A stretch of 27,767 nt of DNA from Pedosphaera sp. (GTDB taxonomy: Bacteria; Verrucomicrobiota; Verrucomicrobiia; Limisphaerales; SIBH01): assembly GCA_031414955.1 (NCBI GenBank), contig JANOQV010000218.1, positions 1 through 27,767 on the forward strand, given 5' to 3'. Positions 25,758 to 27,767 of this stretch are shown here, in pieces (position 1 is the stretch's first letter; each line of letters begins with the position of its first letter). The notes beneath the pieces were generated by a model, which saw only the letters and a list, made by a program, of their open reading frames with translations, searched no databases and was not told the DNA's origin. The position numbers were made by a program, and so were the translations under genes.

Positions 25758-27767
25758 ATGAAACAACTGCGCAACCTGCTGCTCGTGACCCTGACCCTGG
25801 CCGGCCTGACCGCCGCCGTGGCCCAACCGGCGAATGATCCCTTCGCCGCGCCCGTGGTCCTGACCGGCACTTCCCTCAGCACTGGCGGCACCACGGCGCT
25901 CGCCACCAAAGAAGTCGGCGAGCCTGTCCACGCCGGCAACAATGGTGGGAAATCGGTCTGGTACGAATGGACCGCACCCTTCTCGGCCTCGGTCACCATC
26001 ACCAGCGACGGTAGCACATTTCGGACATTGCTCGCCGCGTACACGGGATCGGCCGTCAATGCCTTGAACCTAATTGCGAGCGACCCCGAGCCGAATTTTG
26101 GAGGTGCCGCCTCCATGACCTTCACCGCCTCTGCCGGGACCGTGTACAAGATTGTCGTGGATACCCGGAACAACGGTACTGGTGGCACCTTCACGTTGAC
26201 CTTGAATCAGGCGGTGTCTCCGACCGTGACCCTGACTTCGCCGACGGCCAATCAAAGCTTCACCAACCCCGCGAACATCACGCTCTCCGCCACTGCCAGT
26301 TCTCCTGGCGGCACGGTGACCAACGTCTCCTTCTATTATGGCGGCAGCACCTTGATCGGATTCGATACGACCGATCCTTTCAGCATCAATTGGAGCGGCA
26401 TGGCGGACGGCAACTACACCCTCACCGCGCGCGCCACCGACACGGCGGGGCAGACCGGCACTTCCGGCGGACGAAACATCACCATCCGCCCCGACGGCTA
26501 TTTCGCCAGCCAGCTTGTCGGATCGAACTCCGTGTCCGGCTCCAACTCGGTGTGGAAATACCTCGATGACGGCTCCGATCAGGGCACGGCCTGGATTACG
26601 CCGGGCTTCGATGACAGCGCCTGGCTCGCGGGTCCGGGGCAGCTCGGCTACGGCGACAACGACGAGGCCACGCTGGTGCGCAGCAACCGGCTCGACCTCT
26701 CGCGCATCGCCACCACCTATTACCGCCACACCTTCACCGTCGCGAACGTCTCTCTGATCACCAACCTCGTGGCGCGCTTCCAACGCGACGACGGCATGGC
26801 CATGTATCTGAACGGCGTGGAAGTCGCGCGCAACAACCTCGCGTCCGGCTCGCTCTTCGACGGTCTGGCCACCGCCAACGCCGGCGACGACGGCAACACG
26901 GTTTTCACCACCAACATCAGTGCCGGGTTGTTGCTCAACGGCGCCAACGTCCTCGCCGTCGAAATTCACCAGGACCAACTGACCAGCTCCGACACCACCT
27001 GGTATCTCGAATTGACCGGCAGTGGGGCCGACGGCAATCCCGCCCCCACCGTGGCCATCACCAACCCCCTCAACGCGGCCACCTTCAGCGTCGGAGCCAA
27101 CCTCCTCATCCAGGCCACCGCCGCCGACGCCAACGGCAGCGTGACCAATGTCACCTTCTTCGCCAACGGCACCAACAACCTCGGTAGCGACCTCACCGCG
27201 CCGTATTCCGCCACTTGGAACACCCTGCCCCAAGGCACCCACACCCTGACCGCCGTGGCCACCGACGACGAAGGCGCCAGCACGACCTCCGTCGGCGTCA
27301 ACATCACCGTCAACAACTACACCATCACCCCCGTCACCCTCATCGCCAGCAACACCCTCTGGAAATACCTGGACCTCGGCACCGACGAAGGCACCGCCTG
27401 GTCCGAAGCCATCTTCGACGACGCCACCTGGGCCAGCGGCCTGGCCGAACTGGGCTACGGCGACGGCGGCGAAGCCACCGTGCTCTGCTGTAGCAATGCC
27501 CCCATCAAATTCATCACCACCTACTTTCGTAAAACCTTCAACGTCGCCAACGCCAGCGCCGTCTCCAACCTCGTCCTGAGCCTCGTGCGCGACGACGGCG
27601 CGGTCGTTTACCTCAATGGCGTCGAACAATGGCGCGACAACCTCCCCGCCGGCCCCATCCTCTACGACACCCTCGCCCCCGCCTCCGTGGGCGGAGCCAA
27701 CGAATCGACCTACTTCACCAACGTCTTCGGACCGACCAACCTCGTGAGCGGCAACAACGTGCTCGCG
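25758..27767 (+). CDS. Large secreted multidomain protein, partial (runs off the window): PPC-like domain, Big_7-like Ig domains and two galactose-binding-like jelly-roll domains
   Basis: Absent from the ORF track because it has no stop in the window. Manual translation gives MKQLRNLLLVTLTLAGLTAAVA-QPANDPFA...GEPVHAG..GGKSVWYEWTAP, then twice WKYLD.G.D.GTAW....FDD..W..G...LGYGD...TTY(Y/F)R.TF.V...RDDG...YLNGVE. Confidence 0.88.
   Translation, partial: MKQLRNLLLVTLTLAGLTAAVAQPANDPFAAPVVLTGTSLSTGGTTALATKEVGEPVHAGNNGGKSVWYEWTAPFSASVTITSDGSTFRTLLAAYTGSAVNALNLIASDPEPNFGGAASMTFTASAGTVYKIVVDTRNNGTGGTFTLTLNQAVSPTVTLTSPTANQSFTNPANITLSATASSPGGTVTNVSFYYGGSTLIGFDTTDPFSINWSGMADGNYTLTARATDTAGQTGTSGGRNITIRPDGYFASQLVGSNSVSGSNSVWKYLDDGSDQGTAWITPGFDDSAWLAGPGQLGYGDNDEATLVRSNRLDLSRIATTYYRHTFTVANVSLITNLVARFQRDDGMAMYLNGVEVARNNLASGSLFDGLATANAGDDGNTVFTTNISAGLLLNGANVLAVEIHQDQLTSSDTTWYLELTGSGADGNPAPTVAITNPLNAATFSVGANLLIQATAADANGSVTNVTFFANGTNNLGSDLTAPYSATWNTLPQGTHTLTAVATDDEGASTTSVGVNITVNNYTITPVTLIASNTLWKYLDLGTDEGTAWSEAIFDDATWASGLAELGYGDGGEATVLCCSNAPIKFITTYFRKTFNVANASAVSNLVLSLVRDDGAVVYLNGVEQWRDNLPAGPILYDTLAPASVGGANESTYFTNVFGPTNLVSGNNVLA

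Overview
GC-rich bacterial window. The gene style (giant Ig/PA14/cadherin-like exoproteins ending in a W...F(F/Y)(Q/R)(L/V) domain) suggests Verrucomicrobia, which is inference. All credible genes are on the + strand. In order: (1) a 3331-aa secreted multi-lectin/Ig adhesin-like protein (378-10373); (2) a cluster of REP/MITE-like palindromic repeats; (3) tRNA-Arg(CCT) with a 3.1-kb integrase-less island bounded by 49-bp att direct repeats, carrying an attP-like relic, an intact AbiE type IV toxin-antitoxin pair with its operator, and a frameshifted, truncated TOTE-type primase/helicase; (4) a 2119-aa DUF11/tandem-95-repeat adhesin whose signal peptide holds an in-frame 120-bp MITE insertion, followed by an outer-membrane beta-barrel gene; (5) an Arg-rich/acidic hypothetical protein; (6) a secreted cupredoxin-Ig protein with a Gln axial ligand; (7) rdgB; (8) the start of another large secreted protein that the ORF track misses. 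The best candidates for undescribed biology are a shared C-terminal sorting domain plus partner beta-barrel (a possible T9SS-analogous export route), the REP-in-MITE composite element that inserts in frame, and the locked, TA-carrying mini-island. All domain calls come from motif recognition by eye, not database searches.
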